Source of the DNA: Nemertoderma westbladi
Taxonomy: Eukaryota; Animalia; Xenacoelomorpha
DNA: 64,000 bases
Assembly: GCA_032718475.1 (NCBI GenBank)
Contig: JAUCBJ010000607.1
Span: 1-64,000, forward strand
Direction of reading: 5' to 3'
The notes beneath the pieces are model-generated. The model had not been told where the DNA came from, made no database searches, and saw only the letters and a program-made list of their open reading frames with translations. The number at the start of each line of letters is the position of its first letter. Position 1 is the stretch's first letter. A program made the position numbers and the translations under genes. Shown here piece after piece: positions 1 to 12,847 of the stretch.

Positions 1-112
1 GTACAGCACTACAGTAAAAGAGTAAATGTAACTGCACGATAATTAAGTATTATTATTTAGATGAACACACGTAATTAATTAATCAATAATATACATATTA
101 TTATATATTGAA

Positions 113-1320
113 CAGAGCCGAGGTCTCCAAGATCCCGAGTTCTCGAGCCAACGAAGAGCCTTGGATTCTAGAGAGCCAGGGCTCGGGCACCCAAGCCCGA
201 GAACCCGAGACTCTCTACGTGCCTCTAAGTATTTAGAATTGTTACGAATATTTTTCACTACGTACCGCACTATGTATCAACATTGTGTATCTACTTAGTA
301 TATTGTATAGTTCTATGTTTTGTATTGTATAATTCTCTAAGTTAGGACTTTTTTATCCGTGACATATAATATTACCGGTATGGTTGTATACAAAATACTT
401 TTTAGCTACAAATTAATTAGTATAATTTAGAATTATTATCGGTGAATTAATATACAGTATAGTAAATATACTTTATTAGGCGTACGTGACTGTATTTTTA
501 AAATGATCGGTAAAGTTCACATAACAATATGTATGTAGTTAGTTAGTTAGTTGAGCTCAAAAGAGCTCTTATATTACATACTTATTCAAATATTATGTGT
601 CAAATTAATATCAAATATACACTGCATAAATTCTAAGTTAGGACCTAATATTATGTCTCGATTCATAATTCTAACTTAGGACCTTTCAAATCATATATTT
701 CTCGACAAAATAGTAATGATCAGATCTAAAAACACTTTAGCTTGGGCCTAATATAAATGATAAATACGAAATTAGCTGAGACCCTTAAATTGTGTTATCG
801 GGGAGTTATGTGCATACGGGGACAGGAGTTATGTAAATATCTTGTTTATTTTAGACGTGAAGCTAATACTTCGCGGAATTTGCATTTCCAGATGCAGTCT
901 GCTATTCCTTGTATATTATATTCAAGTCTAAGATCTGAGGTTAGTGGGCAATCGGATATTACATGACTCTCATCTTGGATTGATTTCCCATCGCTGGAGC
1001 ATACCCGTTACTCTCTTGGAAGTCTTGCCCACCTGTCTCTTTCCACACGGAGGTTGTGCGAGGAAAGTCTAAAGCGTGTCCATTCCACTCGCTCGTATTC
1101 TGGAACGTTGAAATGGAATGTACAGCTTGACTGTGTACTGGTTACTTTCAATTTCTGATTATTATCCAAGGGACCCAATACCGGTCCGGTATGCATTTTA
1201 CAGTAGTGCCGGATTGGTAAAATTTAAAACTAATTGTATTGCATTTGGGTGGTCCGGTCCTCCCAAGCTCCCCAGGCTCGGGTTCTCGGTAACTCGGGCT
1301 TGTGTTCTCGGGCTCGGGAT
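113..1320. mobile_element. Possible degenerate non-autonomous DNA transposon: clusters of CCCGAG/CTCGGG motifs in roughly inverted orientation at both ends
   Basis: caagcccgagaacccgag near 190-209 resembles the reverse complement of 1277-1318; no clear TIR/TSD pair found. Confidence 0.25.
870..1105 (-). mobile_element. 3' fragment of a non-LTR retrotransposon ORF2 (C-terminal Cys/His region)
   Basis: Minus strand translates WTRFRLSSHNLRVERDRWARLPRE*RVC..IQDESHVISDCPLTSDLR, the typical RLSSH.L.VE..R...PRE.R.C...DE.H...C LINE C-terminus, with an in-frame stop. Confidence 0.65.
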
Positions 1321-1594
1321 ACCATGTCAGTCAGCAACGGATACATATAACCGCAGTATAACTCTTATCAATGTACAGTATAATAGATTTTATATAGGCC
1401 TACTGTAGTTATACAGTTAGATATATTAAAAAAACGTCATAAAAAAAGTTAGAATATACAAAGTGGCCAATTCCCTGGGAAAGAACACGTTCAAGAAAGT
1501 TAATATACATAATAAATAACCTTTGAATTGGCAAAAATGTCAAAAATCGTGGGGCATGCACATCAACCCACACCTGACCGGATTTTATCAATTA

Positions 1595-1978
1595 GGGGCC
1601 GTCCAAGTATGACGTCAGCACTTTAGGGGGGGGGGGGGGGGGTTGGGAAAATCTGATGACGTGCTGATGAGGGGGTCAGCCAAAATCTGACGTCAGCATG
1701 TTAATTTATAGGTGCTAGAAGAGATATAGCAGAAGAGTAAATAGCTTGCCTATTTTAATTGTTCGAAGCCCCCGAAGGCCCGTAGCACGACTTTCTGTTT
1801 CAGTTACCAGTCACCATGTTTCAGTGATTAGGACGCGAAAATTTTTTTAATCTGATTTAGGGGAGGGGGGGGGGGGGGGGGGGGTGGGGGTCAACGCCTA
1901 TCTGATGACATCTGATTTAGGGGAGGGAGGGGGTCAACATTTTGGGGAAAAGTACAGACGTCATACTTGGACGGCCCC
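1595..1978. mobile_element. PIF/Harbinger-type (Tourist-like) MITE
   Basis: Perfect 22-bp TIR GGGGCCGTCCAAGTATGACGTC / GACGTCATACTTGGACGGCCCC flanked by a TTA target-site duplication (1592-1594, 1979-1981); internal poly-G tracts. Confidence 0.85.
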
Positions 1979-2295
1979 TTATGGCAATATTCTACAAAAT
2001 GGAAAAGCCACCATCTAAACCACACGTGCTAATCAATAGCGGCTTTATTAACCAGATTTGAAGTACTATAAGTATAGGCGTGTGACTTGTATATTAATGT
2101 AATAAATTACATATAGGACTCCGCTAATAGAGAGCGACAACTACTTATTATTTACATCATTTGAATTAAGTGAGGCGCGCGACTAGTTATTGTTACGAAT
2201 TTTACGAAAATATTATACCGTAAGTACTGTAGGCGCTCAATTCCCATTACAGTTTATATTATTGTAACATGGCGCATCAAGAATTTATATTTATA

Positions 2296-3149
2296 ATGAA
2301 ATTATTTATAATTACATTACTAACTCTAACTGATGTAATTCTGGGCTTCAAATTCAATGGATATAAACTAGTCGAACCAAATGGATCTAAATTTACTAGA
2401 GAATGTTTACGGAAAGAAGAAAGAAATAGTATTAGGGTAAAAGTTGATTTTATTATTAATCAACAAAGTGAATTAACTATTACCGATGTATTGGAATCAA
2501 CGGTTATTGCTAAGGATGGTAAAGGTAACAACATAGTACGTGTGCGGAATGACGTCAACGCCAATAGAGATGATTGTAGGGATATTATTAATAAAGCTGA
2601 TATCGGTTGTAATGGATGGAGTACAACAGAGTATATAAGTGGCAAAACAGTTGGATCTACAGGATATATAACTGTTGGGTTGAATCCTCCTGTTATTGAA
2701 TCTATACCGGAGGTATTTGATATAAGAATACATCTATTATACTAATAGTTCGTTAAACGGTAGGTTAAATCTCCAAGACAATCCGGCAATATCCGATCAG
2801 TCAGCTTACCCACTTATAATAACTCTCCCACCCCAATGTAAAGCTGATAATGATCCAGAGTGTAGTTGCTTACCGAGTTGTACTTATATAGAAGGCAGTT
2901 CAGCTACATTAATTTGTAAGTTATCGGATTGGGTACCGGTACCGGTAGCTGGAAGTACATCAGGAGATTCTAGATGGAGTTGGTATAGTAACGGAGTTGC
3001 TATTGGTGGAGTCGTAACTGAACCAGGAGATACACTGAGTATAAATAGAGATCTAAGTCGTGGAGATAATGGGGAAGTGTTTACATGTAAGGCGAGGAAT
3101 AGAGCTATAGAAGTGGATAAATCCTGTACCACTACGATCATAGTTGAAT
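2296..3149 (+). pseudogene. Receptor exon 1a (signal peptide + N-terminal domain + Cys linker + Ig domain) with one frameshift near 2740 (pseudo-exon or consensus error)
   Basis: MKLFIITLLTLTDVILG...; paralogous to 7028-7877; after a +1 shift the frame stays open through QCKADNDPECSCLPSC...LICKLSDW...WSWY...DNGEVFTCKARN to a phase-1 donor T|GTAAGT at 3150. Confidence 0.8.
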
Positions 3150-3717
3150 GTAAGTTTGTGATATCCACTAAAGGTTACATTACTGTATATTACAATATAT
3201 TTAGTTACACACGATCAGTGTCAGTGAGCATCAGACTGTAGACTGGGGTTTCTGCAACAGCAGGAGGCATTCTGAGGAAACCAAGACGGAAAATGACGAA
3301 GAGTGAAGTGCCAATTGGTGAAAAAAAGGGTAGTGAAATGTAAAAATAAGTATAAAACGAGAAGTAGAGACTTTACGGCTAGAACTAGTAGGGCCTTCAT
3401 GTAGCAAAAGTTGCAAGCCATCTTAGCGAACAATTATAATATTAGTGTATTACTGCAGAGAGATGTGTAGCGAATGTTATATACCGACATGTAAAGTAAA
3501 GTCATTAGTTTTATCCAAATATTATTGGATAAAAAGGTCGCTTCAAATGTGCAAAACCTCAACATTGTTTTAAAAATTTCCGCTCACTAGGCTCGCATTT
3601 TCTTCCTTGTTATGTACATTAACTTATGTAATCAATAAACTATATTAACATTCACAATTTCCTTTCCAATTATAATGCCTTCATTATACCATAACCCCTC
3701 CTTCATATATCTACTTT

Positions 3718-3937
3718 CATGTGTGTGTACCATGTGTGTGTGTACCATGTGTGTGTACCATGTGTGTGTGTACCATGTGTGTGTACCATGTGTGTGTACC
3801 ATGTGTGTGTACCATGTGTGTGTGTACCATGTGTGTGTGTACCATGTGTGTGTACCATGTGTGTATACCATGTGTGTGTGTACCATGTGTGTGTACCATG
3901 TGTGTGTACCATGTGTGTGTACCATGTGTGTGTACCA
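3718..3937. repeat. Compound microsatellite CA(TG)4-5TAC, 13-15-bp units
   Basis: Directly visible; explains the spurious MCVYHVCVP/HTHGTHT ORFs. Confidence 0.95.
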
Positions 3938-4776
3938 CACCTTTGCGTTTTTCAACGTCATTTTGAATGTTTATACATTTTAACCTTGATGGTTTATCCT
4001 ACTCCTTGACCGAAACTTAAGTACGACACTGTTCAATAATTATCACAATTAACACTAGGCCTAAAGCTAACAATAAAATAACCCGTACATAAGAAATAAA
4101 GTGATAGAAATTGCACTAAGATATATAAATGTTTTGAGTAAGTTAGTATTCTTGGTGGCCCCTACGCCACACCGCACTATATATGCACAAATTATAAAAT
4201 TATTAAAATATTATTGATTTTTTTTTGTTGGGGGGGGGGGGGGGGGGGGGGATTGGCAAAGATGGCGAAAATGTTAGGGGTCCGTTAGGATCCAAAGTAT
4301 AGCATCGAAAAATAATACAATCCAAAATTGTAACCCAAAATGGTAGAAAGTATTTTTAGTCGTTTCGTTATGCTAAAAATACACTGAAAAAATATAATAC
4401 AAATCTCAAAAAAGGGTAGAATATAGTTTATTTTGTTGAAAATTATCGTAATAAACTTGGTGCATCTTCACACTATTGGAAACTTGGCGATAGTGCAGAA
4501 CACCAAGTTACCATCTGAGTCCAAACAGGGGTGGGACAAATTGTCGCAAATGGTTAGCTGTTACTTTGCCCTCAAAACTATACAGTCGGTCCTGGCGAGC
4601 CTGGGACGAACCGTATAGCATATTCTGTGGTACACAGAATATATGATGTGATATACAGATCCTCCAGATCCATATTGCATATTCTTAAAATTAAATTCTT
4701 GAGGGACGTATATTTTTGATATGTTGCCTACAGAGGCGTGCAAAATCGATTACAATTATTAATTTTATTGTTCCAG

Positions 4777-5385
4777 ATTTGCCGACTAGGATAAACATTA
4801 ACCCCAGCGATGCGATTACAAAGAAAAAAGGCGAAACATTGGAATTAATATGTTCGGCAGACGATTACAATATGGAACCAAACCCAAGTTGGTCCTGGTA
4901 TGTTGGTACTAAAGATGTTACTGGTGATGCAGCTATAGTTACTGAACCATATTTATCAACATTTACACTAGACCCTTTAGGCGCCGACGATGGAGGTGAT
5001 TATAAGTGCGAGTATACTGGTCGTTACAGCAACAACGGTGGGGAAGGGAAAATGGAAAGTCCAGCGGTACCGGTAACTGTAGAATATTGTGAGATGAAAC
5101 TGAAAGTTTCTGGTACTTCTTATACTATAAACACTTCTATAGAAATTAAAAGAAATATGACAGACCATAATGACCCAATAGAAGTAAAGTGGATTCCATA
5201 TGACTGCAATATAAATGTTGGTTATATTTGGAGTGGCAACTTCGTAACCGGTGGAGATGAAGTTAGGAATATCGAAGTTAATAGAAGATCTTCTGGGATT
5301 TACACAACTACAGCCGAATATAGGTTTTATGATTATCGGGTATTAGTTATTACGGAGTCATTCAATATTGAGTTAATAGTTCAGT
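4777..5385 (+). CDS. Receptor exon 2a: Ig domain plus a degenerate Ig-like domain
   Basis: Acceptor ttccag|AT at 4776/4777, donor T|GTAAGT at 5386, phase 1-1, open frame; LELICSA..PNPSWSWY..DDGGDYKCEY is a canonical Ig motif set. Confidence 0.85.
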
Positions 5386-5866
5386 GTAAGTAACAATAAA
5401 CTACTGTAAATATTACCCTCCATCACTGTTAGTAGAACAGGAGTCATTCACTATTGAGATAATAGTTCAGTGTAAGTAACAATAAACTACTGTAAATATT
5501 ACCCTCCATCACTGTTAGTAGAACAGGAGTCATTCACTATTGAGTTAATAGTTCGATGTAAGTAACAATAAACTATTGTAAATATTACCCTCCATCGCTG
5601 TTAGTAGAACAGGAGTCATTCACTATTGAGTTAATAGTTCAGTGTAAGTAACAATAAACTACTGTAAATATTACCCTCCATCACTGTTAGTAGAACTGGA
5701 GTCATTCACTATTGAGTTAATAGTTCAGTGTAAGTAACAATAAACTACTGTAAATATTACCCTCCATCACTGTTAGTAGAACTGGAGTCATTCACTATTG
5801 AGTTAATAGTTCAGTGTAAGTAACAATAAACTACTGTAAATATTACCCTCCATCACTGCTTAGTAG
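5355..5866 (+). repeat. 86-bp tandem repeat, ~6 copies, derived from the exon 2a / intron junction
   Basis: Unit GAGTCATTCACTATTGAGTTAATAGTTCAGT-GTAAGTAACAATAAACTACTGTAAATATTACCCTCCATCACTGTTAGTAGAACAG. Confidence 0.95.
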
Positions 5867-7027
5867 CGCTTATTCGTGCAGTTATTATTAGTGTTTATTT
5901 GTAGGTAGGGTTCATTTTTGATAGGGGGCTGGTTTCTATTTGGTCATATATATATATAATTCGCCAGTGAGGTTGTACTGTACCCATTTTGGTCTTTACA
6001 TATCTATATATATACAGTATATATATAATATAAAAGTATACACAAAGTTTTACACAAAGGATTAACTACTGTACGTTTGAATCCCCATAACTCGGCATAT
6101 CGTTTCCTGGATTTATTACGGTACTATTAAATAATATACTGCAATTAAATTTATTACGTTACGTAGATTTATAAAGTACATCATATTGTAACAAGAATTA
6201 TACTTTGCCGCTGGCAGTAAAATACATGTATAATTGTTTTGAAGTCCTTGAATACATTTCATTTCATTATACATTTCAAGTTAAATTCTGTGATATACCT
6301 CACAGTATCTCAGCATTAATCCGATGCCCTATTATTTGAATTTTGATCTTTATTAATTTGTACTTATTATCACCTAATTTATTAATTAATTACATATTTA
6401 CTTTACAATTTTAGAATTTATATTGATAAGTATTGTTTATTTTTGTTTATAAAATAATTATTGTTTGTGACTAATTTTACCGTTTTGATAATTTACCACT
6501 TTGAAGGGGGCGTTTGGTGTCTTGTGTTTCATTGTAAAACTTAACCTTGTCATTAAAATTATATATAATTTTGTACAAATAATATCCATTGTAATAGGGC
6601 CTCTGCGTATATCCATTAATCCCTACGGTATAGGTATAATATACCCTACAACTATCTAACTATCTTTTAGACTCTAATCATGTTTAATAGTTGGCCTACA
6701 CAGTTCTAGGCATCATGTAGGGCCTGTGGTGGGCGCGATTCTCGCATTAGCGCGACTCACATAATTTCAACGTAATACATTACAGTCAGGAGCATGTACT
6801 ATGTTGACACCAGGACAGCTGGTGTGGCACCGGTAGGTACATATGTAAAACCAGTAAACGGTGGTATGAGTGTCATGTCAAGACTGACACGGACAGCAGT
6901 ATGTTGTCCGTCGAAAGTGAAAGTATCTCACGGTTCGATATCTGTTACCGCTACAGGCCTACAGTATAATAAGATGAACTTTACAGATTGATTATTTTAT
7001 TTGAACAATAAACATTGAGTTTACATC

Positions 7028-7877
7028 ATGAAATTATATATAATAATATTACTAAGTCTAACTGATGTTATTCTGGGGTTAAAGTATAATGGATATAAAC
7101 TAGTCGAACAAGGTGGACCTCCGTTTACTAGAGAATGTTTAATTATAGAAGACAGAGACTCTATTGCAGTGAAAGTTGATTTTGTTATTGAAGAGGTTAG
7201 CGAATTAATAACGGAAACGATTTCCGATGTACTGGAATTATATGTTACTGCTACGGATGATAATGGTAACAGCATACGTGTGAATAATGTAGCGAACTCC
7301 AAAGGAGATGTTTGTAGCAACAACGGTAACGTTATCCCTTGTAATGGATGGACTACAACAGAATATATAAGTAGCAACACAGCCGGAGCTCCAGGATATA
7401 TAACTGTTGGGTTGAATCCTCCTGTTATTGAATCTATACCGGAGGAATTGGAGATAAGAATAAAATATTGGATTAAAGATAGTAGAACAGTGCAACTCCA
7501 AATCAACACGGCGGACTTCCCCGGTCAGACCACTAATGATGCACTTTTAATACCTCTTACCCAATGTAAAGCTGATAATGATCCAAAGTGTAGCTGCTTA
7601 CCGAATTGTACTTATATAGAAGGCAGTTCAGCTACATTAAACTGTAAGTTATCGGATTGGGTACCGGTACCGGTAGCTGGAAGTACATCAGTAGATTCTA
7701 GATGGAGTTGGTATAGTAACCGAGTTGCTATTGGTGGAGTCGTAACTGAACCAGAAGATACACTGAGGATAAAAAGATATCTAAGTCGTGGAGATAATGG
7801 GGAAGTGTTTATATGTAAGGCGAGGAATATAGCTATAGAAGAGGATAAATCCTGTACCACTACGATCGTAGTTCAAT
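7028..7877 (+). CDS. Receptor exon 1b (intact): signal peptide, ~160-aa N-terminal domain, Cys-rich linker, Ig domain
   Basis: ATG at 7028; hydrophobic MKLYIIILLSLTDVILG; Ig motifs LNCKLSDW, WSWY, LSRGDNGEVFICKARN; phase-1 donor caaT|GTAAGT at 7878. Confidence 0.88.
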
Positions 7878-8117
7878 GTAAGTTTGAGATATCTCCTAAA
7901 GGTTACATTATGTTACAATATATTTAGTTACATACGATCAGTGTCAGTGAGCATCAGACTGTAGACTTGGGTTTCTGTTACGGCCGAAGGCATTCTGAGG
8001 AAACCAAGCCGGTAAATGACAAAGTGAAGTCCAAAATGGGGAAAGAAAGGGTATTAACTGTAGAGAGACTCCACGGTATGGTACACGAGATTAACGTTAC
8101 AAGTGATTCCATTGGAT

Positions 8118-8859
8118 ACACGTTCGTGGGGCCTTCTCGCAGCACGAGACTCGGTTAACCTAGGTTAACCCGAGAAAGATGTAATCCGAGTACTCGAAAT
8201 TTGGTCTACTACTTCGTTAGCTTGTCTCTACCAGTTCTATTTAAGCAATTATCGTAGGTCACTACTCCAACTTTCAGTTGAATCTGATTGGTTCTATTAT
8301 AGCTACTATTATGTTTCTGCGAATTCGCCCCCTAGCGGCAGACAGAGGAACTGTAGAAGTCTGTACTTATTTAGAATTATTTCTTATTCAGCAATGCTCA
8401 TAGGTCACTCCTAACAAATTTCAGATGAATCTGATGGTTAGTTCTATAAGTACAGCTACAGTACTTCTACGTTTCTGTCAATTCGCCCCCTAGCGGCAGA
8501 CAAAGGAACTATAAACGTTTGTCTTTGTGCAGAATTTATACTTAAGCAATGCTCATAGGTCACTCCTAACAAATTTCAGATCAATCTGATTGTTGGTTCT
8601 ATAAGTACAGCTGCTTCTGCGTTTCTGTCAATTCGCCCTCTAGCGGCAGACATATGAACTACAGAAGTCTGTTTCTCTGTAGAATTTCTAAACTTTTGAT
8701 AGACTACATGTGTACCAAGTTTGGTTCCATTTCATCCATGATTGACCGACTTATTGGCGTTCACACATTTCCGACGACAACAACAACAACGACGACGACG
8801 GACGGCTCACTAATTGTACTGCTATACTAAGGCTCAACTGGACTTCGTGGCTCGCCCCA
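8118..8859. mobile_element. Helentron/HINE (DINE-1-like) non-autonomous element with ~150-bp central tandem repeats
   Basis: Shares its 5' end (acacgttcgtggg.ccttc.cgcagcacgag), the internal catgtgtaccaagtttgg and its 3' end (ctaaggctca..cttcgtggctcgcccca) with 56512-58125; three internal ~150-bp repeats and a (GAC/CAA)n microsatellite near the 3' end. Confidence 0.55.
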
Positions 8860-9689
8860 TAAAAATATAATCAGCAGAAACTAATTCAATAAAATTCCTA
8901 GTTTATTTTTCATTAAACTAATTATTATATGAAGATAGAATGTCTTGGTTTCTACATAAGTTATTTAATGTAGATTCTATCCGAGTTCTACATATAAACT
9001 GTAGTTTAGTGCTAAATACGCGAGGTTTTGTAACCATCGCAACCTTTGTGACGTACATAGTACATACCGTCACGTTAATCAAAGCTATTCCTATTATTAA
9101 ATTCAAGAAAAGCTGATTCTTTATCGAAATTGCTGACATTCAAGTTAATACCAATTTCAGCTAAACTACAGAAACGTTCTAAACGTACAGAAATTTGATT
9201 ACTTGGGAGACGTATTCAATTAGTTTAATATTACAATACTCAAAATCATGATTTACACTTATGTTAATGTGCACAACAGAAATTATGTATCTGAAATCCT
9301 AATAGAATGTAGATTTCCTACTAGGGGTACTGTATTATATACCAAAATTTTACGGTAATACTTTAATGTGGTTTATAACATTATCATTATAAACCAAACA
9401 AAGTTGAAATTCTCATCACTACCAATAAGTAAATAAATATTGGATATCAAATACCACAGCAATGTGATTCTAAAAATGTAAACCGATTTACAATTTCGGA
9501 ATTAATTCTAACTTTAATAACTTTAAATATCTGTATACCAAAAACCATAGATTGAAACACCAGAGTGGGAGGATACCCACCCCTACTACAGTACCACCAT
9601 ATATAATTATTTGGTATCTACAGTATTACTTATAGGCCTATTTTCTTAAAGTTAGACTATTAAACATAACATATCCATAACATAACATA

Positions 9690-10200
9690 TCCCCCAAGGT
9701 CCCACCCTTGACACTTTTCATCCTGTACATTAACGACCTCCCTCTTGCAACATATCTGTGAACTCTACTTTTCGCCGACGATACTAACTTGTTTAGCTCA
9801 CACGTACACCACTCATCAACTCACCTAAATATTGTTAACATTGAACTAGAAGATCGTTCTGAATGGTTTGATTCGAATCGCCTCTCGTTAAACGTCAATA
9901 AAACCGTTTACTGTATCCATTCTAACAATCCTCGCAATAGATTCCACGTTTACCCAAAGGTAAAATCAAAGACTCCATGCTTGACCATTGTGATAATGTA
10001 AGATACCTTGGCCTCATCATCGACAACCTTCTCAACTGGAAAGAACACTGCTTATTTGTTTTGTATCTCGATCTATCTCGAGATTTGTTGGGTTATTTTT
10101 CAAATTGCGTCAAAAGTTGCCTCTTTTTGCTTTAAAATTGCTATTTCATGGATATGTGAATTATCAGGTTGCCTATATGGTTTACTACTTTGGGTGGCAC
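9690..10200 (+). mobile_element. Degenerate CR1/L2-type LINE reverse-transcriptase fragment
   Basis: Translatable pieces PQGPTL, FILYINDLP, TLLFADDTNLF, NRLSLNVNKT, RYLGLIIDNLLNWKEH, broken by frameshifts. Confidence 0.8.
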
Positions 10201-11138
10201 ATATGATACTTATCCCCACCCTTACGAATTTTTTTAAAATTGTTTTTATTATTTAATCTAGAGCAGTTTTTTTATCAAGAATCCAAATTTAAAAACCGTT
10301 TAGCAATATCTATCATACTTATCGAGCTATGGCTGTCTGTCCGTTTGACTGACGGTCTGTCCGTCACTATTTCTGTCCGTCAATAAAAAGCATATCTATC
10401 AAAAAATGCCGGTTTTGGGTTTGCGGAGTCGGTGACGTCATTTGTGATGTCATTATTTAAATTTGGCATCGTCGTTTCTGTCTGTATGCCTGTCAGTCTG
10501 AACGTCAAAACATAACCGACAGCTTGACAGCCAAACAGACATTTAGAAGTCACCAAATGTTAAAACTGACACTCGAAATGAATTCAGCGAGGAAAACCCT
10601 TATAACTAAACTTTTAGCTAGATGGTGTGACCTTTCCTTATATTAAATATACAATGTAAATAGGACAATATGATATGCTCTTTCCTTATATTAACCTTAC
10701 ATTAAAGAAATGTTTTAGATCTTGGCTCATAAATTACAATTTTGCCAACAAACCTGACTCAAAGATACAGATGAATTACAAAAAACCTACCTACAAAAAA
10801 ATTTTAAAATGGGCCAAATAGGGTTAATATTACAAAACGTTAATAAAAAACAATTATGATTTTCACTGATTTTAAATATTACGGATCACCACCAACCACT
10901 GCAAGGTTCTTGTTAAAAATGTAAACTGATTTGCAATTACGGAAACGGCCGAGTCGACAATCGAGGCAATCTGTCAGCTAAAATTGCATTTGTTTCCACT
11001 AAACTAATTCCAAGCATTGGCCAACATTGGCGTTTAAAAAACTCGCCATTACAATATATAACAATTAACATTACATTGTTATAAATCTGAAAGTTTTACA
11101 TCTAAGTTATATTATTAATATTAATTTTATTGTTCCAG

Positions 11139-11741
11139 ATTTGCCGTCTAGGATAAACATTAACCCCAGCGATGCGATTAAAAAGAAAAAAGGCGAAACA
11201 TTGGAATTAAAATGTTCGGCAGAGGAATACAATGTGAATCCAAAACCAAGTTGGTCCTGGTATGTTGGTACTAAAGATGTTACTGGTGATGCAGCTATAG
11301 TTACTGAACCATCATCAACATTTACACTAGACCCTTTACGCGCCGACGATGGAGGTGATTATAAGTGCGAGTTTACCGGTAGTTACAACAACGGTGAGGA
11401 AGAGAGTATCGAAAGTCCAGCGATACCGGTAACTGTAGAATATTGTGATCTGGAACTGAAAGTTTCTGGTACTTCTTATAATGGAGGTGATTCAATACAA
11501 TTAAATAGAAGTTTAGAAGTTCATAACGACCCAATAGAGGTAAAGTGGATTCCAGTTGGGGATGGATGCAATATAGGTGTAGATTATATTTGGAGTGGCG
11601 ACTTCTTAACCGGTGGAGATGAAGTTATGAATATCGAAATAAATAAAAGATCTTCAGGGATTTACACAACTAAAGCCGAATATACGTTTTATGATTCATC
11701 AACTATTACAGAGTCATTCACTATTGAGTTAATAGTTCAGT
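11139..11741 (+). CDS. Receptor exon 2b: Ig domain plus a degenerate Ig-like domain
   Basis: Acceptor ttccag|AT, donor T|GTAAGT at 11742, phase 1-1, open frame; paralogue of 4777-5385. Confidence 0.88.
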
Positions 11742-12510
11742 GTAAGTAACAATAAACTACTGTAAATATTACCCTCCATCACTGTTAGTAGAACAGGAGT
11801 CATTCACTATTGAGTTAATAGTTCAGTGTAAGTAACAATAAACTACTGTAAATATTACCCTCCATCACTGTTAGTAGAACAGGAGTCATTCGCTATTGAG
11901 TTAATAGTTCAGTGTAAGTAACAATAAACTACTGTAAATATTACCCTCCATCACTGTTAGTAGAACAGGAGTCATTCACTATTGAGTTAATAGTTCAGTG
12001 TATGTAACAATAAACTACTGTAAATATTACCCTCCATCACTGTTAGTAGAACAGGAGTCATTCACTATTGAGTTAATAGTTCAGTGTAAGTAACAATAAA
12101 CTACTGTAAATATTACCCTCCATCACTGTTAGTAGAACAGGAGTCATTCACTATTGAGTTAATAGTTCAGTGTAAGTAACAATAAACTACTGTAAATATT
12201 ACCCTCCATCACTGTTAGTAGAACATGAGTCATTCACTATTGAGTTCATACTGTAGTTCAGTGTAAGTAACAATAAACTACTGTAAATATTACCCTCCAT
12301 CACTGTTAGTAGAACAGGAGTCATTCACTATTGAGTTAATAGTTCAGTGTAAGTAACAATAAACTACTGTAAATATTACCCTCCATCACTGTTAGTAGAA
12401 CAGGAGTCATTCACTATTGAGTTAATAGTTCAGTGTAAGTAACAATAAACTACTGTAAATATTACCCTCCATCACTGTTAGTAGAACAGGAGTCATTCAT
12501 TATTGAGTTA
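11711..12510 (+). repeat. 86-bp exon/intron-junction satellite, left part (~9 units)
   Basis: Same unit as 5355-5866; interrupted by the Gypsy insertion. Confidence 0.95.
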
Positions 12511-12847
12511 TGGTGTAGTATGCAATAATGCCGCATCAATATTAGTGTAAAGCACCTCATCACAATGTATGTATTCATTGTTTGCATAGTGGGATTAAGC
12601 AGATGGTGGAGGGCTATTACATCCATGTATATTATGCAATGTGTACCTTAGATTCATTGACATTGCGTTTATATTTTATACATTATATTATTATTATATA
12701 ATACCACATTATTAAACTCATTTTATACCATGGCGCAGTTGTGTTTAAGCAATTTTATATAAGTTTGAATTTGTCAATAATTTTCATTATTAATGTAAGT
12801 TTGAAATGTTAAAATAAATCTGTGTTACTTATGTGGCATTAGTAATC

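Noticed and set aside
3632-4009. Cys/His-rich ORFs in all six frames
   Set aside because: Artefacts of the TG-rich microsatellite
5385-5393. Terminal Cys-Lys of the exon ORFs as an IgM-like tailpiece cysteine
   Set aside because: TGT AAG arises automatically from a phase-1 T followed by the GTAAG donor consensus, so it is no evidence of function
7021-7860. Antisense ORFs over receptor exons and retroelement genes (also 2460-3168, 14455-15168, 41989-44166, 45886-46312)
   Set aside because: Shadow frames of real coding sequence with no recognisable motifs
10265-10640. Possible further DINE/Helitron-like non-autonomous element (CTGTCCGT motifs)
   Set aside because: No second copy, TIR pair or TSD in this window to define its boundaries
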